Assembly: GCA_043732185.1 (NCBI GenBank)
Contig: JAYTHY010000026.1
Coordinates: 1 to 40,031, forward strand
Direction of reading: 5' to 3'
From: Fibrobacteria bacterium
GTDB lineage: Bacteria; Fibrobacterota; Fibrobacteria; UBA11236
Length of the DNA: 40,031 nucleotides
This document shows, in pieces, positions 17,246 to 27,100 of this stretch. Below the pieces are notes generated by a model. The model ran no database searches. It was not told the origin of the DNA and was given only the letters and a program-made list of their open reading frames with translations. The first letter of the stretch is position 1; every line of letters starts with the position of its first letter. A program made the position numbers and the translations under genes.

Positions 17246-18227
17246 CACGCCCACATCCACGGGTACCCTTGTCCTGGGAACACGAGGCAGCACTCTTGCG
17301 CTCACTCAATCCAAAATGGTGGCAGCGGCTTTAAGCAAAGCGCATAAAGGGCTGGAAGTGCGTCTGGAAATCATCAAAACCGTTGGAGATATGGATCAGA
17401 AAACGCGTCTCAATGCCTTTCCGGGTATGGGCGTTTTCGTAAAGGAGTTGCAAGCGGCGTTGCTGGCAGGCACCATCGACTTTGCCGTGCACTCTCTCAA
17501 AGACGTACCGGAAGATGAGCCAGAGGGTCTGATGCTGACAGCGTTTCCGGAGCGGGAAGACCCGCGCGACGTTTTCATTTCCAAAGGAACGAAATTTCGT
17601 GATATTCCAGCCGGTTCCGTGATAGGCACGGGATCCCCTCGTCGCATTCTTCAACTTAAGGCTCTGCGGCCGGATCTCAAATACGTTGAGGCTCGAGGCA
17701 ATGTGGATACACGCGTTGCCAAGGTTACGAGCGGGGAATTGCAGGGTGTGATATTGGCGGCAGCGGGCCTCAAGCGACTGGGTCGAGGGCAAGACATCAC
17801 CCATTACTTTTCCTTGCAGGATATGATCCCGGCCATTGGTCAGGCATCGCTCGGATTGGAATGCCGGGAGAAGGATGCGCGTACCCGCAAACTCCTATCG
17901 GCCGTGCACGATGATATGACGGGCGTGGCCGTCACTCTGGAGCGGCTTTTTATGAAGCGCATCGGAGGGGGCTGTAAAGTGCCCATGGCCGCACACGTAT
18001 ACCCCCATGGTGATGGACTGCGTATGCTGGCAGTGCTTGGAAATCCAGCTACCGGGAAAATGGTTCGCGTGGAGCAATCTGCCTCCGCAGAAGATGCGGA
18101 AGAATTGATTGAAGAAGTGGCCTGCCGGATGGTAGCGGAGTGTAAAGATAAAAGCATTCCCTTACCCCATGACCTCCCCGAACACTATTTGTTGACTGGC
18201 GGACAGCCAATCGACCGGAAGGATTAA
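17232..18227 (+). CDS. hemC: Hydroxymethylbilane synthase
   Basis: GTRGSTLALTQ, GVFVKEL, AVHSLKDVP, REDPRD, RGNVDTR, GGGCKVP. Start at ATG 17232 overlaps the hemA end. Confidence 0.96.
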   Translation: MKKTDTPTSTGTLVLGTRGSTLALTQSKMVAAALSKAHKGLEVRLEIIKTVGDMDQKTRLNAFPGMGVFVKELQAALLAGTIDFAVHSLKDVPEDEPEGLMLTAFPEREDPRDVFISKGTKFRDIPAGSVIGTGSPRRILQLKALRPDLKYVEARGNVDTRVAKVTSGELQGVILAAAGLKRLGRGQDITHYFSLQDMIPAIGQASLGLECREKDARTRKLLSAVHDDMTGVAVTLERLFMKRIGGGCKVPMAAHVYPHGDGLRMLAVLGNPATGKMVRVEQSASAEDAEELIEEVACRMVAECKDKSIPLPHDLPEHYLLTGGQPIDRKD

Positions 18228-18230
18228 AAC

Positions 18231-19043
18231 TTGACCCGGGTTCTCAATACTCGCCCCATTGGCCAGAATAAGGAACTGAGCCAAATGCTAGTGCAAGCTG
18301 GTTTCGTGCCGGTTGAAATACCGCTGGTTGAAATTTGTCCTTTGGAAGATGGACTGAGAAAAATCCTCAAGTTGCAAGCCTCGGGTTATACCGGAATTTT
18401 TCTATCCAGTCCCAACGGCCTTCGCCAGATGCATGCTGGATTGGATGAGGACTTTGAAGCCTGGGTGCAAAAACCATTTTATCTGGTAGGCGGAAAAAGC
18501 CGACACTTGGTGGAAGGGTTAGGCGGTAAGGTCGCATTTTTCCCTCAAGACGCTTCAGTGGCCGGTTTTCTGAAGGAGTATCCGCGCGAGGCAGCTTTAA
18601 ACGGTGGTTCTACGGGAATGGTCTTTGCGCAGCGCTGGCTCCATCCCTGCTCAGCCTTGACAAGGCTCGACCCCGAAAACTTTAAAAAATGTGCAGTGGT
18701 AATCGACAATATTCCAGTCTATAAACCCGGACTTCCGGCATCGGCAGGTGAACGTCTGATTGAGGAATGCCCTACAGCAGCTGCCGTACTCTTCTGTTCC
18801 GGGTCGGCGGTAGACAATTTCTTTGCCGCAGCGCCGGATCAAGCCGCTCACCTGGGCAAGTCAAAAAAGCTGCCTGCCATTTCCATTGGACCGTCTTCCT
18901 CCGAAGCCCTTCGCAAACACGGTGTGGAGACGGTGCATGAAGCCGTTACCGCCGATAGCCAAGGATTGGTGGATGCCTTGCGGAACCTTTTGATCGACAC
19001 GGAAACCAAGACCCTTAAGAAGAACAAGGAAGTGCCCCAATGA
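18231..19043 (+). CDS. hemD: Uroporphyrinogen-III synthase
   Basis: VLNTRP, LSSPNG, FCSGSAV, SIGPSSSEAL. Lies between hemC and hemL, TTG start. Confidence 0.85.
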   Translation: MTRVLNTRPIGQNKELSQMLVQAGFVPVEIPLVEICPLEDGLRKILKLQASGYTGIFLSSPNGLRQMHAGLDEDFEAWVQKPFYLVGGKSRHLVEGLGGKVAFFPQDASVAGFLKEYPREAALNGGSTGMVFAQRWLHPCSALTRLDPENFKKCAVVIDNIPVYKPGLPASAGERLIEECPTAAAVLFCSGSAVDNFFAAAPDQAAHLGKSKKLPAISIGPSSSEALRKHGVETVHEAVTADSQGLVDALRNLLIDTETKTLKKNKEVPQ

Positions 19044-20329
19044 GTTCCCGATCCCACGAAGCTCGATTCGCCCGCGCCAGCAAAGTCATTCCCGGCGGCG
19101 TCAATTCACCCGTGCGCGCATTCCAATCTGTGGGTGGCTCTCCCATTTTCATCCAGTCGGCAAAAGGGCCGTATATTGTAGACGCTGACGGCCGCCAATA
19201 CATCGATTTCGTCGGCTCTTGGGGACCCATGATTTTAGGGCATGCGTATCCCACCGTAATAGAAGCTGTGGTGCAGGCAGCCCAGAAAGGCACTAGCTTT
19301 GGAGCCTGTACGGAAGCGGAAACCGAATTAGCAGAAGCCATTCGCGATTGCGTTCCGTCCGTTCAAAAAGTCCGCCTAGTGTGTTCCGGTACGGAGGCCA
19401 CCATGAGTGCAGTCCGATTGGCCCGAGGCTTTACCCACCGCGAAAAAATTGTCAAGTTCCGTGGGTGTTACCATGGCCACGGTGACAGCTTTCTTATCCA
19501 AGCCGGTTCCGGCGCCATGACATTTGGGCATCCTTCCAGCCCCGGTGTCACTAAAGGCGCAGCCCAAGACACTTTGCTGGCGGAATACAACAATTTGGAT
19601 TCCGTCCGCGAATTATTTGAAGCCTATGCTGAAGAAATCGCCGCCATCATCGTAGAACCTGTAGCCGGTAATATGGGCGTGGTCGTCCCCGAACCAGGAT
19701 TTTTGCAAGGCCTTCGCGACCTGTGTGACGGCCAAAAAACCCTGCTCATATTCGACGAGGTGATCACGGGTTTCCGGCTTGGCTTGGCCGGCGCGCAGGG
19801 CTTGTACGGAGTCTCGCCCGATTTGACTACCCTAGGAAAAATCCTCGGGGGCGGATTGCCCCTGGCCGCCTATGGAGGCCGTTCCGACATCATGGAACTA
19901 CTAAGTCCGGTTGGTCCCGTATATCAGGCAGGAACTTTGGCAGGTAACCCCCTTGCTACGGCTGCCGGTTTGGCCGTACTGAAGGAGCTTCGCAAGCCGG
20001 GCTTCTATGCCAATCTGTATAAGAGCGCAGATGCATGGGAGGCGGATATACGAGCGGCCTTGCAGAAATCTTCGATTCCGTGGACTATCAACCGGGTAGG
20101 ACCGTTGCTGACGTTATTTTTTACTTCTGAACCCGTACGGGATTACAACTCTGCGCTTAAAGCGGATACAAAAGTCTATGGACGGTACTTTCAGGCCATG
20201 CTCGATCAAGGTGTGTATCTTGCGCCATCCCAATTCGAGGCGGCATTCCTATCCGCCGCGCATTCACCGGAAATCCTGGAGAAATCCGGTCAAGCCATGC
20301 GGGCGGCACTGAATTCCTTGGTTATTTAA
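19040..20329 (+). CDS. hemL: Glutamate-1-semialdehyde 2,1-aminomutase
   Basis: IPGGVNSPVRAF, SWGPMILGH, SGTEATMSA, GCYHGHGD, FDEVITGFR, TTLGKILGGGLP, YQAGTL. Confidence 0.97.
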   Translation: MSSRSHEARFARASKVIPGGVNSPVRAFQSVGGSPIFIQSAKGPYIVDADGRQYIDFVGSWGPMILGHAYPTVIEAVVQAAQKGTSFGACTEAETELAEAIRDCVPSVQKVRLVCSGTEATMSAVRLARGFTHREKIVKFRGCYHGHGDSFLIQAGSGAMTFGHPSSPGVTKGAAQDTLLAEYNNLDSVRELFEAYAEEIAAIIVEPVAGNMGVVVPEPGFLQGLRDLCDGQKTLLIFDEVITGFRLGLAGAQGLYGVSPDLTTLGKILGGGLPLAAYGGRSDIMELLSPVGPVYQAGTLAGNPLATAAGLAVLKELRKPGFYANLYKSADAWEADIRAALQKSSIPWTINRVGPLLTLFFTSEPVRDYNSALKADTKVYGRYFQAMLDQGVYLAPSQFEAAFLSAAHSPEILEKSGQAMRAALNSLVI

Positions 20330-23300
20330 TAATTGGGTCTACTCCTGGGCCACAGATTGGTGGACAACGGGGGAGGATAATAAACCCATAACTCGCCGAA
20401 TAAGTCAGGTCACTGGTTACTGGCCCAATGGTTGCTGGGTTTCCTGATGCCCCAACTGAACCCGTCCAACCTGAAAATGGCAACCCTGTAGCCGAAGAAG
20501 CCGCAGTTGCGATTGTCCACTGAAGCGTATTCCCATAGTTTATCACCCTGGTAGCTTGAGTTGCCGCCACCGGGCATGATTGAATCAAGCAAAATTGGCC
20601 TGGAGGGCAAATATATTTGATGCAAACATCTGTGCCGTTCACAGTCAATGTGTACGTTTTCTGAGCAAAGGTTGCGGAAACCGTATGGTCTTCAGTGATT
20701 TCCTTAAGCGTATAGGTTGACTTATCGCCCGGAACATTGTTTACCAAATTGTCGATTACATTTTTTGTATTGTCTGTAAAGGCAGTTATATATTGGCCGG
20801 CTGCTGCGGACATAGTAAAGTCCTGACTGGTCAAGGAATCGACGATTAAGGCCGCCGGAGAAACCACTCCCAATTTTTCGTTGTTGGTGATTCCGGTCAA
20901 AGTATAGGTCCGCAAAAAGGTCGCAATGATAACATGGTTCTCGGTGACTGAATTTATGACATAATTGAAATTTTGGTCTTGAGCGATCTTGAAAACATCG
21001 ACATCATTATCCGTCACGGTTAGAACACGGTATCCCTTGGCCGGTTGAATAAAGACTATGGCATTACCTCCATAATTTACCGAAGGCAATTCAGGAGTGA
21101 CGGTGCCCCGTAATTTATCTTGACCTTTAGTGCTAATGGTAAAGGTTTTAATGGCGAAAGTAGTGGAAATAATGTGATTGGCCTTTATATCCAATAAGGT
21201 GTACGTAGAAGCACCTAGGGGATCCCCTTGCAAACTCGCCACCACATCGGCTGTATTGTCAGAGAGAATTTTTGCGTACTGTCCTTTGACTAAGGATTGC
21301 AGGGAAAAAGTCTGGTTGGTTCCGGAATCGACCACGATTGGTTTTGGACCTGGAACGATCGTACCCATGGTCGGGTTTGTGGAAGTTGCTGTCAAGGTGT
21401 AGATACGTACGAAGGTTGCTGCCAGAATGTGGGATTCCGTAACAGATTTAATGGTGTCGATGAATCCGCTGACCTTCGCCGGATCCAGGCTAGGTTTACC
21501 ATTGTCCGTGAAGGTGAGAACCCGGTAACCGAAATTTGGAGTTACCGTCGCGATGAAATTCATCCCATGATTCACAATTTTCGAAGCAGGGGTAATGGTT
21601 CCACCCGTACCGACACTGCTACTGATGATATAAGTGGTGGTATCAAATTTTGCTGTGACTGAAACAGTCGGACTCGTGATTGTAACCTTGGTGGATTTAG
21701 CCGTGGAATCCGTGAATACACCTGTGCCATTCGAGAACGTCCATTTTGAAAAAGTGAAGCCTAAAGTGTCTGGTGCAGAAATGTTCACAAGGCTACCAAG
21801 CGGGGCCTCCAGTGTAAACGTTTCAACTGGCAGCGCGAGCCCAAGCTTTCGGAAGACCAAGAGCTTCGCTCTGCGCACCACACTTAATGAATATGTTGCG
21901 GTGGTCTTACCGTCTTGCGCAGTGACTTTGATGTAAATCTTATTGCTCCCCACAATTAAAGCCAAAGGACTGGAGTTGGTGCCCGATGGATAGTTGATAT
22001 CGTTAATTGCAACCTTGGCCCCAACAGCACTCGCCGTTGCCTTAAGGGTAAGGGAAGAGACGTCGTTGCCTACGGTATCCGTATAATCCAATGTTTCAGA
22101 ATTAAAAGCAGGTTTGAATACAAACCATGGGACTTCCAGCTTACTCAGCTGGGCTTCTGCGTTTGGAGCACGAGTGACGGAAACTCCATAAGTAAGTTGC
22201 GTGCCATCCTGGGCCGTCACCACAATTTGGAAGACATTTACGGTAGTTCCAACCAATACACTGACGGGATCCGAAGACACGCCTGCCGCCGTGGGCTTGC
22301 CGTTGATGGCCATCTTGGCTCCCGAATCGGCTGGCGTGGCCTTGATGGTAAGTTGACTATCCGTAAAAGCCACAACTACCGAATACAATAATGTGACGGC
22401 CTTGAAGGAAGGCGTAAGGGAACCGACCGATGGAATCAGACTGGCCAAACTGTTATTGGACAGAATGGGGGTGCTGACCGTGACCACCATGGTGTCCAGG
22501 GCGCTATTCCCATCGTCATCGGTAACCCGCACAATCAGATTGAACTTTCCCGTTTCAACAGGTGGTCGTATTAAGGTATCCTGCTTGGAAAGCACCAGGA
22601 ATGCGCCGGACCCAATTTGGATTTCGCGCTTGGTGAGAGAGCCGTATTTGTCCGTGCCCTTGGCATGAACTTCAACAAAGGTACCAGCCATTACGGTAGT
22701 ATCATTTCCGGCATCTGCCACTGGCGGATCGAGGATGACATGCACTTTGACTGTGTCCAAACGGGTTTTGCCGACATCGTCCTTCACTTTAAGCACAGCA
22801 TTGAAAATTCCAACTGCTAAATACTTGTGTCCAAAAATAATATCGACTACAGAATCCGCCGTGGTGATGGAATCGTCAAAGATGCCATCGCCTTCGAAAT
22901 CCCAACCGGACCAGGCCACTTTTCCTTCAAAGTCTTTGACTTTGGCGAACAATTTTAGGGAATCCTTGATGGAAATTGTAGTGTCTTTGCTGATGTTTAA
23001 AATTTGCGGAGCTTGATTTCCGATGCTCAAAGAGACCAAAGCTATGGCTTCATTGCCCTCGCCATCGCGTACCAGGAACTTCGCCACAAAATCTCCTAGC
23101 ACAGGATAGGAGTGAGAAACTACTGGCAAGTCGACGATGTTTCCTGACCATGGTCCGGTAAGGGAGTCATCCCATTTTCCATTCCCGTCATAGTCCATTT
23201 TAAATAGGGTTATGGTTCCAAATTCCTGCACGGCTCTGGCGGAAAATTCAATGGGCACATTAGTGGCAGCCCCGGATCGCGAATCCACAGTTAAGGTAGG

Positions 23301-24227
23301 CAGGTCACGCTTGACTAAAACAACGGCAGAACCATGGCTACCCAGAACTTTTGACCTGGCCTGGATGTGGGCCGAACCCTCTCCCTTAGGAGTGACAAGC
23401 CCCTTTACATCGACTTCTGCGACATTGAGGTTATCTGATGTCCAGTCCACGCCTTGGTCAGTGCCGGCAGGTAGCACTTTAGCGGTAAGCGAATCTCCTG
23501 GACCACCCATATAGAGGTGTAAAGTATCGGGTGACACAGTAACTAGAGAAACCGCACCCGTTACAACATTAAGGGTGACTTCTGCGTATTTGCTCGTATC
23601 ATTTTTGGAACGCACCCGCGCCTTCACTATACCAGCCGCTAAACCTTTTATTTTAATTCTACCGGCATTGGGACCATTCGGGAATTGCAAGCTGGCGATT
23701 TTATCATCTTCAACGGACCAAATGAAAGCCTGATCGGCATACGCCGGCTTGATAGACGCCGTAACCGAGACGGCACTGTCCGCAACGCTCAGGAGTAGCG
23801 AGGTGGGTAGTACATCCACAGAAAGGATTTTGGCATCTGGAGCCGAGAGGGTATCAATAACCACTTTGGAACCTGTATCGTCAAAAGTGCGAGTTTGATC
23901 AAAACAGGACGCACCGTTTTTCTTGCCGAAGATGTGCACCTTGGCCGTACCACCTGGATACTTGTCTGCGGGAAGGTTTGCCAATTCATCCAGGGAATGC
24001 AAAGGATCATTGAAAATGGTGTCTAGTACTTTGTCGGACTTATCCAACAAAACCACAAATACGGTGTCGCATTTGGTCCAGGCTGTGTCGCCGGTGATTT
24101 TGAGCTCTTCGTGGGCACTATTGGGATCGATATGGCATGCCCAAAAGATGGAAAGACCTAATACGGCAGCCAGTATTCCGATTTTAGGCAAGTCCAGCAG
24201 CCGTTTCAAGTTTGATGGAATGGTCAT
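20322..24227 (-). CDS. Large (~1300 aa) surface lipoprotein/adhesin-like protein: unknown N-domain, Ig-like (Big_2), PKD, cadherin-like beta-sandwich and repeated beta domains
   Basis: Signal ending IFWA-C. VTVSPDTL...WTSDNLNVAEVD (Big_2-like), WDFEGDG (PKD-like), IVVTAQDG twice (cadherin-like), repeated 'GTITP...PxxGYRV...VTExHxIxATF' units. Start is ATG 24227 (or TTG 24248). Confidence 0.8.
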   Translation of the reverse strand: MTIPSNLKRLLDLPKIGILAAVLGLSIFWACHIDPNSAHEELKITGDTAWTKCDTVFVVLLDKSDKVLDTIFNDPLHSLDELANLPADKYPGGTAKVHIFGKKNGASCFDQTRTFDDTGSKVVIDTLSAPDAKILSVDVLPTSLLLSVADSAVSVTASIKPAYADQAFIWSVEDDKIASLQFPNGPNAGRIKIKGLAAGIVKARVRSKNDTSKYAEVTLNVVTGAVSLVTVSPDTLHLYMGGPGDSLTAKVLPAGTDQGVDWTSDNLNVAEVDVKGLVTPKGEGSAHIQARSKVLGSHGSAVVLVKRDLPTLTVDSRSGAATNVPIEFSARAVQEFGTITLFKMDYDGNGKWDDSLTGPWSGNIVDLPVVSHSYPVLGDFVAKFLVRDGEGNEAIALVSLSIGNQAPQILNISKDTTISIKDSLKLFAKVKDFEGKVAWSGWDFEGDGIFDDSITTADSVVDIIFGHKYLAVGIFNAVLKVKDDVGKTRLDTVKVHVILDPPVADAGNDTTVMAGTFVEVHAKGTDKYGSLTKREIQIGSGAFLVLSKQDTLIRPPVETGKFNLIVRVTDDDGNSALDTMVVTVSTPILSNNSLASLIPSVGSLTPSFKAVTLLYSVVVAFTDSQLTIKATPADSGAKMAINGKPTAAGVSSDPVSVLVGTTVNVFQIVVTAQDGTQLTYGVSVTRAPNAEAQLSKLEVPWFVFKPAFNSETLDYTDTVGNDVSSLTLKATASAVGAKVAINDINYPSGTNSSPLALIVGSNKIYIKVTAQDGKTTATYSLSVVRRAKLLVFRKLGLALPVETFTLEAPLGSLVNISAPDTLGFTFSKWTFSNGTGVFTDSTAKSTKVTITSPTVSVTAKFDTTTYIISSSVGTGGTITPASKIVNHGMNFIATVTPNFGYRVLTFTDNGKPSLDPAKVSGFIDTIKSVTESHILAATFVRIYTLTATSTNPTMGTIVPGPKPIVVDSGTNQTFSLQSLVKGQYAKILSDNTADVVASLQGDPLGASTYTLLDIKANHIISTTFAIKTFTISTKGQDKLRGTVTPELPSVNYGGNAIVFIQPAKGYRVLTVTDNDVDVFKIAQDQNFNYVINSVTENHVIIATFLRTYTLTGITNNEKLGVVSPAALIVDSLTSQDFTMSAAAGQYITAFTDNTKNVIDNLVNNVPGDKSTYTLKEITEDHTVSATFAQKTYTLTVNGTDVCIKYICPPGQFCLIQSCPVAATQATRVINYGNTLQWTIATAASSATGLPFSGWTGSVGASGNPATIGPVTSDLTYSASYGFIILPRCPPICGPGVDPIIK

Positions 24228-24283
24228 GATATTCACCTTTGTCTTCAAAAAAGTTTGCGAACTCTACGCGAATGGGTTCAATT

Positions 24284-24988
24284 CTAAGGTCCGGCGGAAA
24301 TAGCGATGGTTTTTGTCGGTGGCGGGGAGTCGGAATAATAAATTAAAACTGCGGCTACGCCAGCTATAGCAACACCAGTTCCACCAGCGATCCAAAAGGC
24401 GTTTCGCTTCCAAAAGGAATCGGGCTCAGGACGTACGGACCGTGCGCCACTTCCAGAAGGCGATTGGGCTGCTGCTGTTTGTTTAGAGGATGCAGCAGAA
24501 CCGGTTGAAGCTTTTTCTGGGCTCGATATCTGACTGCTATCCACGCCAAAGCCTCTTTGTTTGGAAACGAATTCCTTTCTGACCTTGTCAAAAATCCGGT
24601 CGATTTCATCACTGACAAACATGTCCACCAATTCGGCAGAGGGCATCATTTCAAGTAGCCGGTACATAAAATATTTGCCTTTTTCACGCGTCTGCGGATT
24701 GGCTGAATAGACAACTGCCAAATGTTTGGAAATGAAAATACTATCAGCACGGGAACATGCCTTATTGGCATGGTTGAAGTCCCCAATCAAGAGCAAAACT
24801 TTATCAAAGTCGCCCTCATTATAGGCGGCATGAATTTCTTTCTGATTCAGCAAAACAGCATTTGAGGCAGGATTGGTTCCAACAGTTGGATTGCGACTCG
24901 AAGCAGCCATTGCAGTTGTCGCGAAAAATTGTGCTACCGTACACGAGACTATCAGCAACTTTTTCAAGTCCGAAACGACATAGGTCAT
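24284..24988 (-). CDS. Hypothetical exported protein: signal peptide, TPR-like helical domain, low-complexity linker, C-terminal Gly-rich hydrophobic helix (cassette partner, copy 1)
   Basis: N-terminal signal (ATTAMA). Core GDFDKV...KHLAVVYSANPQTREKG...DMFV...KVRKE. C-terminal WIAGGTGVAIAGVAAVLIYY. Clear paralog at 26128-26787. Confidence 0.8.
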   Translation of the reverse strand: MTYVVSDLKKLLIVSCTVAQFFATTAMAASSRNPTVGTNPASNAVLLNQKEIHAAYNEGDFDKVLLLIGDFNHANKACSRADSIFISKHLAVVYSANPQTREKGKYFMYRLLEMMPSAELVDMFVSDEIDRIFDKVRKEFVSKQRGFGVDSSQISSPEKASTGSAASSKQTAAAQSPSGSGARSVRPEPDSFWKRNAFWIAGGTGVAIAGVAAVLIYYSDSPPPTKTIAISAGP

Positions 24989-25124
24989 GGGGATTCCCAG
25001 TATTGAAAGGGTTAATAGGCAGAAGAAATCTAGTTAATCTGAATAATTTCCAAAGCCTGGAACAGTTGTAAATCTAAAGATCGTCCCTAAAATAGCCTAA
25101 AATCGCAACTCTTTGAATCGGGAA

Positions 25125-26096
25125 TTATTTTAAAATCACGGTTACCACAACGGTATCCAAGGTAATTAGGCTATCCGTATCCATCACCCTGAGAACGCAC
25201 TTCAAATCGCCGGGTAAATTCGGGGCTATTGTAGATAACTCCCATTTGGTCACCGGAACAAAATCACCCTCTCCGATTTTCCATGCTACAGCATAGATGG
25301 GGCCATAGCCATCCGAGCCCATTCCGTGCAAATTGACCCTGGTTCCCGCCAACACCGTTGTATCCTTGCCGGCATCTGCTTTGGGTGTGTCCAGTTCTAC
25401 GTGAATGGATATTGCGGATTCGCATCTTCGTCCACCCCTATCGTAAATCCGCAAGGTGCAAGTGTAGTTGCCGGGCTGTGCAAATCTTTTTCCGTAGAGT
25501 ATTTTTTGGCGCGAGCCTTGAATAGTAGCCGAATCCACTGAGCCTGTCCCACCTGAACAAACCCAAGCATATGCGAATAAATCTCCATCCGCATCCATCG
25601 CTTCAGAAGAAAGCAATACCGAATCTCTGATGGACACTGTGGTGTCATGGGGGAATGCACTAAGGGTCGGTTTTTGAAAAGTGGAGACTACACTTGGAAT
25701 AGGCTCATTGATTTGAACAATGGAATCCGGTTTGTTTATATTGAGAGCAATCACTTTCTGCGTTCGGCCATCATACAGACGTGACTCCGAATAAGCGAGA
25801 ACGCCCTTCCTATAACCATGAATGGCTATAAGTACGGTACCTCCCTGATAGCCCGTCACTGGTAAGCGGTTGAGTCGCGATAGGGACGGCAGAGAATCGT
25901 CGTACAACGTATCTTGTACATGACCCAAGGTATCACCAAAAACAATTGTCACTCTTTCATAGGTTGTAAGCTGTGGACTGCCTTCCAAATGGAAATAGGT
26001 TCCACCAGCCGAAGTGTCATTCAATGTGCATGATGTGGTTAGCGCGATACCCGCGATGAGAACTCCAAGCAACCGCAATGGCAAGAAAAATCCCAT
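25125..26096 (-). CDS. PKD-domain lipoprotein, short paralog of the 20322-24227 protein
   Basis: Signal ending ALTTS-C. Shares the N-domain and the DTTVSIRDS / ADAGKDTTVLAG / VMDTDS..LDTVVVTV blocks with the large lipoprotein. Start probably ATG 26096. Confidence 0.8.
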   Translation of the reverse strand: MGFFLPLRLLGVLIAGIALTTSCTLNDTSAGGTYFHLEGSPQLTTYERVTIVFGDTLGHVQDTLYDDSLPSLSRLNRLPVTGYQGGTVLIAIHGYRKGVLAYSESRLYDGRTQKVIALNINKPDSIVQINEPIPSVVSTFQKPTLSAFPHDTTVSIRDSVLLSSEAMDADGDLFAYAWVCSGGTGSVDSATIQGSRQKILYGKRFAQPGNYTCTLRIYDRGGRRCESAISIHVELDTPKADAGKDTTVLAGTRVNLHGMGSDGYGPIYAVAWKIGEGDFVPVTKWELSTIAPNLPGDLKCVLRVMDTDSLITLDTVVVTVILK

Positions 26097-26127
26097 GGTT
26101 CGCGCACTCGGAACCAAGGCGTTAGAT

Positions 26128-26787
26128 TTAAGGAGTGGTGGTGGCAGGTATGACATAAGTTTTGGATGGAGGCTCTTTTGGAGAACCCACATAATAAAGG
26201 GTGAAAGCCACTAAGGCCAATGCCGTTCCTGCCCCGATTAAAACACCAGAATCTTTCCAAGAGCCATCTGATTCTTTTCCGCTAACCAAGGGAACATCTG
26301 CTACAAAAGGAGCGGGTTCGGCCATAGGGAGCGTTTCTGTTTTCACTTGGATAGGGACCGGCAAGACTAAGAGCGCTTTGGGCTGGGGTCGTTGCGGATT
26401 TGGAGCCACAGCAGTTAAGAAATGTTCCTTGCGGACTTTTTCGAAAACATAGTCCACTTCTTCGCCAACAAACATGTCAATCAAATCTGCGCTTGAGGAA
26501 ATATCCAACAGCTGATGCATATGGTAACGCCCAAGCTCCCGCGTGGCAGGATTGGCTGCGTAGACCACGGCGAGATGTTTTTCTAAAAAAATGCTGTCGC
26601 TTCGTAGGCATTTTCGACCCGACTTTAAAAACCTGGTCAAATCCTGAATGACCTTATCGAAATCTCCATTGCGATATTCTCCATGGATGCGCTCCAAATC
26701 AAATGATCTAGTTGGGATGGCATGAACCATCGGATGCCAGAACGCCAAGGCGATCACGGCTAAAATCCTTTTGGCACATGTGAACAT
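26128..26787 (-). CDS. Hypothetical exported protein, cassette partner copy 2
   Basis: RBS GGGAGA before ATG 26787, signal peptide (MVHA). Core GDFDKV...KHLAVVYAANPATRELG...DMFV...KVRKE. C-terminal hydrophobic helix LIGAGTALALVAFTLYY. Confidence 0.8.
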   Translation of the reverse strand: MFTCAKRILAVIALAFWHPMVHAIPTRSFDLERIHGEYRNGDFDKVIQDLTRFLKSGRKCLRSDSIFLEKHLAVVYAANPATRELGRYHMHQLLDISSSADLIDMFVGEEVDYVFEKVRKEHFLTAVAPNPQRPQPKALLVLPVPIQVKTETLPMAEPAPFVADVPLVSGKESDGSWKDSGVLIGAGTALALVAFTLYYVGSPKEPPSKTYVIPATTTP

Positions 26788-26966
26788 TTCATTCTCCCTT
26801 TGGAATACAAGAAAAAAACATGGCAGCGTTAGAACAATCATAGGGCTTGCGGGGTGCATGTTGCAAGTACCATAACCGAACTCAATCGGGGGTTGAAGCG
26901 AAACCTGAAGTGCAACTTAAAGTCTTTTATGTTTAAACCCGCTTTCCGGGGACATTGCAAACCTGG

Positions 26967-26992
26967 TGTAACATTTTAGGTCTCTAAGCGAC
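26967..26992 (+). promoter_or_regulatory. Candidate ECF-sigma promoter upstream of msrAB (TGTAAC-N16-CGAC)
   Basis: TGTAAC 26967-26972, 16-nt spacer, CGAC 26989-26992. Confidence 0.4.
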
Positions 26993-27100
26993 TCATGAGC
27001 AAGCCAGGGTAAATTGGCGCCAATGCGCGACTATGAGCCCGGCATCTTGGTACATTCTTGACAACTTTACTGTTTTACCGCATTACTAAAAGGAGGCTGT

